Position numbers and translations under genes: made by a program. DNA of 40,457 nucleotides, taken from positions 1 through 40,457 of the forward strand of contig JAMCRP010000002.1 of NCBI GenBank assembly GCA_023380635.1, in the 5' to 3' direction. How positions within the stretch are numbered: position 1 is the first letter of the stretch; every line of letters starts with the position of its first letter. Under the pieces are notes generated by a model. It had not been told where the DNA came from. It did no database searches and saw nothing but the letters and a program-made list of their open reading frames with translations. This DNA is from Patescibacteria group bacterium. GTDB lineage: Bacteria; Patescibacteriota; Microgenomatia; JAMCZE01. Of the stretch, positions 31,558 to 40,457 are shown piece by piece.

Positions 31558-33102
31558 ATGGAAATTGGTTATGTTAAAGCCATCAGGGGTCCAATAGTTT
31601 ATCTTGATGGCCTGCCTGGCGCCAAGCTGGGGGATATTGTCGAATCGGACGGGGGAGCTTCGGGCTTTGTTTCAGGATTGAACTCAGACAGTGTCGAAAT
31701 CCTGATTATCCGCAATGATGATGTCAAACCGGGGACCGCCTTTAAACCTACAGGTAGAAATTTAGCGGTGCCGGTGGGGGATTTTTTGCTGGGGCGGGGT
31801 ATTAACCCTTTAGGCGAGCCGATTGACGACAAGGGAGCAATCTCGAAAAATCAAGAGGTTTTGCAGCCATTGGATCAGATTGCTCCGGGGGTGGCCGGCC
31901 GGGAGTTTATTCAGGAACAGTTTGTAACTGGCGTTAGCCTGGTAGATACTATTGTTCCCATCGGCCGCGGTCAGAGGGAACTGATTTTGGGAGATGCTCG
32001 ATCCGGAAAGACGGGTTTTTTAATTGATGTTGTCATTAATCAGAAACATCAGGATACTATCTGTGTTTACGCTTGCATTGGTAAACCAGCCACTGATGTC
32101 TACGATTTGATGGCAGCGGTTAAGCGGGAGAAGGCTCTGGATAAAACCATTTTTGTCGTTTCTTTTTCCGCCGATGCCGCGCCGCTTATCTACTTGACGC
32201 CAAAAGCGGCATTTGCTGTGGCCGGTTACTTCCAAAAGCAAGGGAAAAATGTTCTGGTGATTTTGGACGATTTGGGAGCGCACGCCAAGATTTATCGGGA
32301 AATTTCTCTTTTAGCCGAGCGCACCCCCGGGCGAGAAGCTTATCCCGGGGATATCTTTTATGAGCATGCTCATCTTTTAGAAAGGGCAGGTAAATTTAAT
32401 AAACAAACCGGTGGAGGGTCAATTACCGCTTTACCCGTCGTTGAACTGGGATTAACCGATTTTGTCGGCTTTATTCCCACCAATATTATGTCCATGACCG
32501 ACGGCCACCTGCTGTTTTCCGCCAATCTTTATAATCAGGGCCAACGGCCGGCCGTTGACTTGCTTTTGTCCGTCTCTCGGGTTGGTCAACAGACTCAAAA
32601 ACATGTTCAAACTGACTTGGCGTTTAAGATTAAACAAATGGTTAACGAAGCCGACCGATTGGCCTCATTATCTTCTTTTAGTACCGAACTTCCTCCCGAA
32701 ACCAGGTTGCTCTTGATTCGGAGAGAGATGATTATGGAAATTTTACGCCAACCGCCGTCAGTCAACATCAGCCCGGCCAAACAAATCGTATTGCTGGCCT
32801 TGCCGTTTTGTCATTTTATTGAGATTAAAGACGAAAAGTTCCTAGTGGCCTTCAAAAAAACCGTTCTGGATGCCCTGGATACCGAGCCGAGACTCAAAGA
32901 ATTCGTCAGCAAAGCTTTGGACTTACCCTCCGCGAATGAGCTGATTAAAGGACTGGAAGAACTAGGTCCGGTTATTATGGGCATCATCGGTAAAGTTAAA
33001 CCCGAAGGTCCGGCCACAGCCGCGCCGGCAATTGAAGCTGCGTATCCGGGGGTAAAGTACCCGAATTCAGCAGACAAACAGGTAGGCACAGACAGACACT
33101 GA
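31558..33102 (+). CDS. atpA: F-type ATP synthase subunit alpha
   Basis: P-loop GDARSGKT, PGREAYPGDIFYEHAHLLERA, and ALPVVE...IPTNIMSMTDGHLLF. ATG 31558 (an in-frame TTG lies at 31552). A P/A-rich C-terminal extension is present. Confidence 0.9.
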   Translation: MEIGYVKAIRGPIVYLDGLPGAKLGDIVESDGGASGFVSGLNSDSVEILIIRNDDVKPGTAFKPTGRNLAVPVGDFLLGRGINPLGEPIDDKGAISKNQEVLQPLDQIAPGVAGREFIQEQFVTGVSLVDTIVPIGRGQRELILGDARSGKTGFLIDVVINQKHQDTICVYACIGKPATDVYDLMAAVKREKALDKTIFVVSFSADAAPLIYLTPKAAFAVAGYFQKQGKNVLVILDDLGAHAKIYREISLLAERTPGREAYPGDIFYEHAHLLERAGKFNKQTGGGSITALPVVELGLTDFVGFIPTNIMSMTDGHLLFSANLYNQGQRPAVDLLLSVSRVGQQTQKHVQTDLAFKIKQMVNEADRLASLSSFSTELPPETRLLLIRREMIMEILRQPPSVNISPAKQIVLLALPFCHFIEIKDEKFLVAFKKTVLDALDTEPRLKEFVSKALDLPSANELIKGLEELGPVIMGIIGKVKPEGPATAAPAIEAAYPGVKYPNSADKQVGTDRH

Positions 33103-33166
33103 CAGGTACAGTGGACCTTAAGACTTTTCTGTCAGCGTCTGGCATGTCTGTTAAGGTCTATTTTAA

Positions 33167-34003
33167 ATGATTGCTCTTATTGACCCAATTCACGAGAATA
33201 TTAAAACCGGTGAAACTATCCGGATAATGGCGGAGGCTTACTCGGAGCTGTCGGTTTCCCGACTTAACCGGATCCGAGTAAAAATTGAGCGCAACCGCCT
33301 TTTTGCCCTGGATCTAGCTCAGGCCTTTCACGAGGTTCGAGCAGCGGCCAGCATCTTTAATTTCAAGAATAAACCGGTTCGCAAACCTAAACTAAATGTT
33401 CTCCTGTTTTCCAATCATGGTTATTTTTTAAGTTTAGAAACACAAATGGTTCGCTTTTTCCGGGAGCAAGGGGATGACGGAGATATTCTAGTGATAGGCC
33501 GCAGCGGGGCGGAAATTTTCGCCGGCCAGGGCTACACCAAACATTTTGATATCCTGATTTTTCCGACTGATTTGCCCCGCAGTCTGGAGCTAGCCAAGGC
33601 TTCAGAACGACTGAAAGGCTATGATCGGGTTTCGGTCTTTTATCCCCAGTTTAAAACAGTAGCTACACAGATTCCCGTGTCATTTGACATTACCGGCGAT
33701 TTAGGCCGGATTGAGAAAACCAATCATTCACCAGCTCCGGCTATTTTGGAACCGGAAGCGCCGAAAATGCTGGAGTTTTTTGAGGGCCAGATTGTCCGGT
33801 TGCTTTTGGAACAAGCTTTTTTGGAAGCGGAACTGGCTCGCACGGCTGCTAGGCTTTTAATGATGGATTCCACCCAAAATCGGGCCAGAGATTATATTAG
33901 AGCACAAGAGAAAGTCTTACGAACTCATATGAAAGAGAAGCAGGAAGGAAAGATTCTAGAACTGAGCTTGGGTTTTCTGGCGAGAAAGCGCAGGCAATTT
34001 TAA
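33167..34003 (+). CDS. atpG: F-type ATP synthase subunit gamma
   Basis: The position between alpha and beta, plus the C-terminal FLEAELARTAARLLMMDSTQNRARDYI matching gamma (E..aRm.AM..At.Na.d.i). Confidence 0.8.
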   Translation: MIALIDPIHENIKTGETIRIMAEAYSELSVSRLNRIRVKIERNRLFALDLAQAFHEVRAAASIFNFKNKPVRKPKLNVLLFSNHGYFLSLETQMVRFFREQGDDGDILVIGRSGAEIFAGQGYTKHFDILIFPTDLPRSLELAKASERLKGYDRVSVFYPQFKTVATQIPVSFDITGDLGRIEKTNHSPAPAILEPEAPKMLEFFEGQIVRLLLEQAFLEAELARTAARLLMMDSTQNRARDYIRAQEKVLRTHMKEKQEGKILELSLGFLARKRRQF

Positions 34004-34070
34004 ATTTCCAATTTTGTTAAAATTATTCGTTTTGTTCAGAATCTTGGCAAAGTCTAAGTTTAGAATTTAA

Positions 34071-35486
<1,416 letters not shown>

Positions 35487-35501
35487 GTTAAAAATTAGAA
35501 T

Positions 35502-35795
35502 ATGGCTACTAATCTTAGTTTGCACATCTTCTCTCCTTTGGAGGATATTTTTACCGGTGATATCGCCTCGCTTTCGAGCAAGAACTCTTCTGGGCCGTTT
35601 GATATTCTGCCTCAGCATGCTAACTTTGTCACTTTAATCAATAAGGACCCGATCACTGCGCGGTTGCCGGATGGCAGCAAAAAGGTTTTTGAGTTTCCCC
35701 AGGCAGTTCTGCGTTGCCATGAGGGCAAAATTGAGGTTTTTACAGACTTTTCCCAGGCAGAAATGCTGCTGCCGGAGGGGAAGTTTTTGATTTAG
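35502..35795 (+). CDS. atpC: F-type ATP synthase subunit epsilon, short form (97 aa)
   Basis: LHIFSPLEDIFTGDIASLSSKNSSGPFDILPQHANFVTLI matches the epsilon N-terminal beta-sandwich. The C-terminal helical hairpin is missing. Confidence 0.8.
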   Translation: MATNLSLHIFSPLEDIFTGDIASLSSKNSSGPFDILPQHANFVTLINKDPITARLPDGSKKVFEFPQAVLRCHEGKIEVFTDFSQAEMLLPEGKFLI

Positions 35796-35808
35796 CTCGT
35801 AATCTCCC

Positions 35809-35838
35809 TTGCTTTCGTAGTTGGTGTCCCGATATAAT
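35809..35838 (+). promoter_or_regulatory. sigma70 promoter TTGCTT-N18-TATAAT for glgA
   Basis: TTGCTT 35809-35814 and TATAAT 35833-35838; the ATG lies 9 nt downstream with no SD. Confidence 0.5.
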
Positions 35839-35847
35839 TAAAGCCAG

Positions 35848-37371
35848 ATGTCGGGAAAAAATCTCAAGGTGCTTTTTGTGTCGGCGGAGGCGGCCCCGTT
35901 TTCCACTGTTGGCGGTTTAGGCCAAGTTGCTTACTTTTTGCCCCGGGCTTTAATGAAGCTGGGAGTGGATGTTCGTATCTTTATTCCCAAATACGGCACC
36001 ATTAATGAGGAAAAATTTCCTACAAAAAAGGTCATTGATGCCCTTAAAGTGCCCACCGGCGAGAAGGAAGGGGACAAGCCAAGAGAGCTGATTTGTAATG
36101 TCAAAGCTTATGCAGAGACCAGAAAAAACGAACCAACGGTTTATTTTTTGGAGAACATGGAATATTTTGAAAAACGAGCCAATGTTTATGGTTATTCCGA
36201 TGACAACATCCGTTTTGGGCTTTTGAGCCGCGGCGCTCTGGAGTTTATTAAACACGAATTTTTTGTTCCGGATATCATCCATGCTAATGATTGGCACACG
36301 GCCTACACTCTTAATTTTCTGCGTCAGGACTATAAAGACGACCCCGTTTTAAAAAAAATTGCCGGGCTTATGTCGGTTCATAATCTGTTTCAAGGACAGG
36401 GATTCGATTTTGCCCACGCTTCGGAGATGGATTTTGATGACGGCAAGTCCCGGTTGGCGCCATTTTTCTCCGACCAGTTTTTCAAACAGAATTCTTTGAA
36501 ACGGGGTATCATTTACGCCGATGTGGTCAACACCGTTTCCGAGACCTACGCCCGTGACATTATGAAAGAAGAGTACGGCTGGGGTCTGGACAAGCTTTTT
36601 AAAGAGCTTCGCGGCAAGCTGTTTGGCGTTTTAAATGGCATTGATTATACCGATTTTAACCCCGCCACTGACAAATTAATTAAGAAGAATTATTCTGCCG
36701 GCAATTTTAAAGCCCGGGTTGAGGATAAAGCAGACCTGCAAAAAGAGTTTAACTTAAAAGATGATCCCAACGCTATGGTTTTGGCAATTTCCGGAAGGCT
36801 GGATGAGCAAAAAGGGATTGACCTGGTCATGGAAACAATGCAGTTCATTCTGGACGAATTTCCGGTGCAGTTCATTGTCCTGGGATCGCCGGCCAAAGAC
36901 GAGTACCGCAAGTTTTTTGAGGAACTGGAGAAAAAATATCCGGGCCGGGTAGGGACCCATTTGCAACCTAACTTCGCTTTACCGCGTAAAATTTTTGCCG
37001 GGGCAGATGTCATTTTAATGCCGTCAAAATACGAACCGGGCGGGATTGTGGCTCTGGAAGCGATGCGTTACGGCTGTGTGCCGGTGGTGCGGGCAACTGG
37101 GGGACTAAACGATAGCGTAAGCGACGGGGTTAACGGCTTTAAATTTAATTCCTATGCCGGCATGGCTTTTCTCTCTAGTGTGGCCCGGGCTTTGGAAATT
37201 TACAAAAATAAGGTGCTCTGGCAAAAAATGGTTAAAAAGGCCATGGAAGCGGATTTTTCTTGGGCTAAAGCGGCGGAAAAATATCTGGATCTCTACAGCC
37301 GGACCCTGGAATTTCGCAAAGAAGCCCTGTCTCCCAACCCTCCTCAAGCCTTCAAACAAGTGACATCATAG
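35848..37371 (+). CDS. glgA: glycogen/starch synthase (GT5)
   Basis: LKVLFVSAEAAPFSTVGGLGQVAYFLPRAL (KxGGL-type motif), HANDWHTA, and PSKYEPGGIVALEAMRYGCVPVVRATGGL. Confidence 0.9.
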   Translation: MSGKNLKVLFVSAEAAPFSTVGGLGQVAYFLPRALMKLGVDVRIFIPKYGTINEEKFPTKKVIDALKVPTGEKEGDKPRELICNVKAYAETRKNEPTVYFLENMEYFEKRANVYGYSDDNIRFGLLSRGALEFIKHEFFVPDIIHANDWHTAYTLNFLRQDYKDDPVLKKIAGLMSVHNLFQGQGFDFAHASEMDFDDGKSRLAPFFSDQFFKQNSLKRGIIYADVVNTVSETYARDIMKEEYGWGLDKLFKELRGKLFGVLNGIDYTDFNPATDKLIKKNYSAGNFKARVEDKADLQKEFNLKDDPNAMVLAISGRLDEQKGIDLVMETMQFILDEFPVQFIVLGSPAKDEYRKFFEELEKKYPGRVGTHLQPNFALPRKIFAGADVILMPSKYEPGGIVALEAMRYGCVPVVRATGGLNDSVSDGVNGFKFNSYAGMAFLSSVARALEIYKNKVLWQKMVKKAMEADFSWAKAAEKYLDLYSRTLEFRKEALSPNPPQAFKQVTS

Positions 37372-37391
37372 CAATCTTAAAATCTGTGGTT

Positions 37392-38408
37392 TTAAGCCGT
37401 CAAATCCTTTATTTTGGCGAGAAATGTCTGCTGTGATTTTTGGATTTCTTCCTTTTTGACCCTAAATTTTTTTCGATAGAATTGCTTTTGGTCGAGAACT
37501 TCCGTAACTTTTTGAACTAAAGTTCCCGGTTGCAAATCTTGCGGCAAAAGACAAAGCTCCGGGCAGTCGAGGAACCGGGCAAAGCTAAGATTACGCTGGT
37601 CATAGGCAATATTAATTTCCGGGGTTCCGGCTCCAAAGGCCATAACAACGCTATGAAGCATCATTCCGATAACGAGATCCAACTGACCGTAGAAATGCTT
37701 CTGGCCGGCCGGAGACAAATCAATAATTTCCAGGTCCGGTACCTGCAATTCTTGGACAATATTTCTCTCCGAAGGGTGTTGGAGAAGATAATAGATCTGT
37801 GCGCCGTGGTTTTTACGCAGCTGTTCCATGGTCTCCCGGTACGAGGTCATAATTTGGTCCTTAAACTTGCCGAATCCCAACCAGCCGGAATAATTTAAGT
37901 TAAAGCCGATTTTAAGTTTAGAGCCATTTATAATCCTTTCCGGTTTTTCTTCCAGTAGGCAAGCCGGGTCGCCGATAAGAGCCACATCATTAATGCCAAT
38001 TTTTTCCAGGAATTCCCGGGTATAAATATCTCTGACCGATTTCAGGGCCGCCCGTTGGTTTAAACAGGCGATAGAGGTAATTTCTGTTTTGTTCAGGGGG
38101 TTTCCGCCAAATTCCTGAATGTAACCAACGCCATAAGTAACAATCGGCGGTTTAATGCGGTTAATCAAATCCAGATTAAATGGCAAGAAATAGTGATAAT
38201 AAATCCCGCCGCCGCCAATAACCGCCAGGTTACTGTTGTTAATTGCCTCTAAGGTGCCAGGAGTTGGTTGGCTTAATTCACTTAGGGAAATATCGGTAAA
38301 TTCAACCGATCCCCGGAAGCGTTTTTCTAAAAGCTGTTGGACCGCCTGAACGATAGCCACATCGCCTTTATTGAGTTGATCGCTGACATGGAGGTGGGCA
38401 ATTTTCAT
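37392..38408 (-). CDS. polysaccharide pyruvyl transferase family protein
   Basis: MKIAHLHVSDQLNKGDVAIVQAVQQLL (N.GD motif), IGGGGIYYHY, and RDIYTREFLEKIGI fit the PS_pyruv_trans family layout. Confidence 0.7.
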   Translation of the reverse strand: MKIAHLHVSDQLNKGDVAIVQAVQQLLEKRFRGSVEFTDISLSELSQPTPGTLEAINNSNLAVIGGGGIYYHYFLPFNLDLINRIKPPIVTYGVGYIQEFGGNPLNKTEITSIACLNQRAALKSVRDIYTREFLEKIGINDVALIGDPACLLEEKPERIINGSKLKIGFNLNYSGWLGFGKFKDQIMTSYRETMEQLRKNHGAQIYYLLQHPSERNIVQELQVPDLEIIDLSPAGQKHFYGQLDLVIGMMLHSVVMAFGAGTPEINIAYDQRNLSFARFLDCPELCLLPQDLQPGTLVQKVTEVLDQKQFYRKKFRVKKEEIQKSQQTFLAKIKDLTA

Positions 38409-38410
38409 TA

Positions 38411-39559
38411 TTAAAGTCGGGGTAACTTATCTAAAAATTTAGCGCGCGCCTGATTGTACGCCGCGTACTTTTTCTCGACTTCGCCTGACCAGTGGTAAGA
38501 CCACATTTCCATTAAAAATTCGTGATAAAGCTTTTCGGCGGGAATTTTCAGCGCCGTGTCAATGTATAAACTGCGCACACAGCGGATCAATTCCCGGGCG
38601 CCGAGTTCCACCAGATCGGGGTGCCACCAGGGCCAATTGGACAGCCAATAATAGTGACAGGAGGAGATGCCTTGCTGGTAATGGCCCTCCGCCGGCGGAT
38701 TGGAATCAGGAGATTTCTGGAGAAGCTGATAGGCTAGTTTGGCCAGCTGGTCATACTTGTTTTGCAAAGGGTTATCGGGACTAAGCCACAGGGGATAGGG
38801 ATTATTGTTTTTTAAATCAGCAGCGGAAGTTTGCCAGGTAGAAGCTCGCACTGTGTCAAGCGTCAAGCGGGAAGCGTTACCAGAGTCGGGAATTTCGCTC
38901 GCCTTAATAAACTTAATTTTTTTCGTTTCCAGAAGTTCGCGTAATAAATTTATCCGTTCCGTGTAGTGGTGGCCGAAAACTTCCGCGTCCGAGACGGCCA
39001 AAATGGTCTGGTCCGGAGCGGTTTTAGCTTCAAAGAATTTCAGAAAAATATCGCCGGTAAGTTCGTTCGGATAGGATCGCAGGAGTTCCGAGACCGCCCG
39101 GGAAGAAACATTTTTGGGAAGAGGAGGAATTTTGTCCGGGTTGAAATCGGAATTTACGGAAGATTCGTCGATAATCATGTTTTCCTGATAAATTTCCGGC
39201 TTAACTCCCAGCTCCGGCAAATAAATTAGATTTCCGGGCTCGTAGCCAAAAACTTCCTTTATTCTGGCGCGGTTAGCTTCCAAAAGTTGCGGGATTTCCG
39301 TAGCTGCCAAAAGCGGCAGGAGAGGGTGATGGATTGGACTGTTGGTGAGCTCCACTTGACCGCGGTCCAATAATAATTTGATTTTAGCGGTAAAGTCAGG
39401 GGACGGAAAAACGGCAATGTTTAGAGTAAAACGGGCCTCCGGGTGGGCCAGAAGCAAGTCGGCCAAGGGCAGATAGCAGGAGCGCAGAACCTGCTCCGTA
39501 ATCGTCTGAGATTGGGTTGGCGGCTGGTAGAAATGCAGCAGTAGCGCTAAAGCGCGCAT
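38411..39559 (-). CDS. glycoside hydrolase family 57 protein
   Basis: ALALLLHFYQPPTQ...CYLPLADLL...FTLNI and SDAEVFGHH match GH57 conserved regions. Confidence 0.8.
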   Translation of the reverse strand: MRALALLLHFYQPPTQSQTITEQVLRSCYLPLADLLLAHPEARFTLNIAVFPSPDFTAKIKLLLDRGQVELTNSPIHHPLLPLLAATEIPQLLEANRARIKEVFGYEPGNLIYLPELGVKPEIYQENMIIDESSVNSDFNPDKIPPLPKNVSSRAVSELLRSYPNELTGDIFLKFFEAKTAPDQTILAVSDAEVFGHHYTERINLLRELLETKKIKFIKASEIPDSGNASRLTLDTVRASTWQTSAADLKNNNPYPLWLSPDNPLQNKYDQLAKLAYQLLQKSPDSNPPAEGHYQQGISSCHYYWLSNWPWWHPDLVELGARELIRCVRSLYIDTALKIPAEKLYHEFLMEMWSYHWSGEVEKKYAAYNQARAKFLDKLPRL

Positions 39560-39561
39560 AA

Positions 39562-40457
39562 TTAGAGATTATATAATTTTGTTTTATAGTCTTCCAGCAT
39601 CCTGGATGTGAGGTACTTTGTGGCGATTAAGTTCATAATCAGGCGCATATGGGCCAGCCAGGACTTTGGCAGGTTATTCGGCCGATCGTAAAACAGGGGA
39701 GCGATTTTGTCAGCCAGGAGTTCATAAATTTCTCCCAGAATCCAACCGCCGCCATGGCTCCAATCTTCTTCGGCAATCCAGCCGTCGGCCGTCGTCAATA
39801 AAAGCGCGCCGTTAAGCCCGGCTTTCATGGTTGAAGTGCCACAGGCTTCTTTGCCAACCAAAGGGGTATTGAGCCAGACATCAGCACCGGCGACCAAAAT
39901 TTTGGCGACATCCAGGCCATAGTGGGGCAAAAAGGCAAATCGGCCGGAAAAATCCGGATTCTTGGCAACGGCTTCCAGGCGTTCGGCAATGCTATATTGT
40001 CCCGGGTCCTTGGGATAGGGTTGGCCGCCGACGACAAACTGGATAGGTCGTCCGGGATTCTTTATAAGCTGCTTTAATTTATCGTAATTACTTAATAATA
40101 ATTCCGGCTGTTTATATTCCGCCAGTCGCCGGGCCCAAACAACGGTTAAAACTTTAGGGTCGAGTTTCGATCCGGTTTTTTGATTAATAAAATCGACCAA
40201 AGCGGAGCGGTTTTCTTCATGCTTCTGCCATAGTGTAGGGTCTGTCCCGCTGTCACTCTTCAGATTTTGTGCTTGCCAGCGATCGGGATTGATACCGTTT
40301 GTGAGGGGTATGAGCGGGCTGTTTTTATGGACTTCTTTTTCCACTTCGCAGTGTTTAACGCTCACTCCGTTAGAACGGACGGCATATTTAATCATGAATT
40401 TATTGGTGGAGAAAAATTCGGGATGGTTTTCATCTGATCCTTCGGCATAAATTTCTT
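39562..40457 (-). CDS. glgP: alpha-glucan (glycogen/maltodextrin) phosphorylase, GT35; N-terminus outside window
   Basis: NGVSVKH, WARRLAEYKQPELLL, VVGGQPYPKDP, GADVWLNTPLVGKEACGTSTMKAGLNGALLLTTADGW (with the PLP lysine motif). The frame stays open upstream of the track ATG to the window edge (…EIYAEGSDENHPEFFSTNKF-MIKYAV). Confidence 0.88.
   Translation of the reverse strand, partial: EIYAEGSDENHPEFFSTNKFMIKYAVRSNGVSVKHCEVEKEVHKNSPLIPLTNGINPDRWQAQNLKSDSGTDPTLWQKHEENRSALVDFINQKTGSKLDPKVLTVVWARRLAEYKQPELLLSNYDKLKQLIKNPGRPIQFVVGGQPYPKDPGQYSIAERLEAVAKNPDFSGRFAFLPHYGLDVAKILVAGADVWLNTPLVGKEACGTSTMKAGLNGALLLTTADGWIAEEDWSHGGGWILGEIYELLADKIAPLFYDRPNNLPKSWLAHMRLIMNLIATKYLTSRMLEDYKTKLYNL

Overview
40.5-kb window from a small-genome, CPR/Patescibacteria-like bacterium (standard code; TGA is a stop). 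Intergenic blocks are almost pure A/T, and several consensus sigma70 promoters sit directly on start codons. Left quarter: an IS30 transposase tail, then a dismantled rRNA locus. It comprises 16S (371-2562) with a 701-nt group I intron plus LAGLIDADG ORF inside the 1492R site, its own terminator, and tRNA-Cys and tRNA-Ile on the opposite strand. Two small ORFs, a second consensus promoter and tRNA-Ala(TGC) follow. 23S (4021-7619) carries a helix-25 IVS-like insertion and a 562-nt group I intron plus LAGLIDADG ORF at L1931; 5S follows. Middle: mltG, two GT2 glycosyltransferases, rpsA, radA, an HD hydrolase, a DUF11 surface protein / lipoprotein / GT-C membrane protein cassette, rho, a LysM-M23 peptidase, an Avd-like four-helix-bundle gene bracketed by inverted 9-nt arrays, two more tRNA-Ala genes and a CHRD-like protein. 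Right: a 1621-aa protein combining two cytoplasmic MerR-like HTH modules, one TM helix, a tail-fibre-like ectodomain and an S74 chaperone domain. Then an F-type ATP synthase operon (b, short delta, alpha, gamma, beta, short epsilon) with no a or canonical c subunit. In their place is a secreted-domain protein ending in a c-subunit-like hairpin that lacks the ion-binding carboxylate. The window ends with a glycogen cluster (glgA, pyruvyl transferase, GH57, glgP). A family of A/T-only hairpin repeats (core TCAAATTGTAAATTT) punctuates the rRNA spacers, the rho flanks and the ATP synthase intercistronic gaps. All calls come from reading the sequence and ORF translations; no database search was run.
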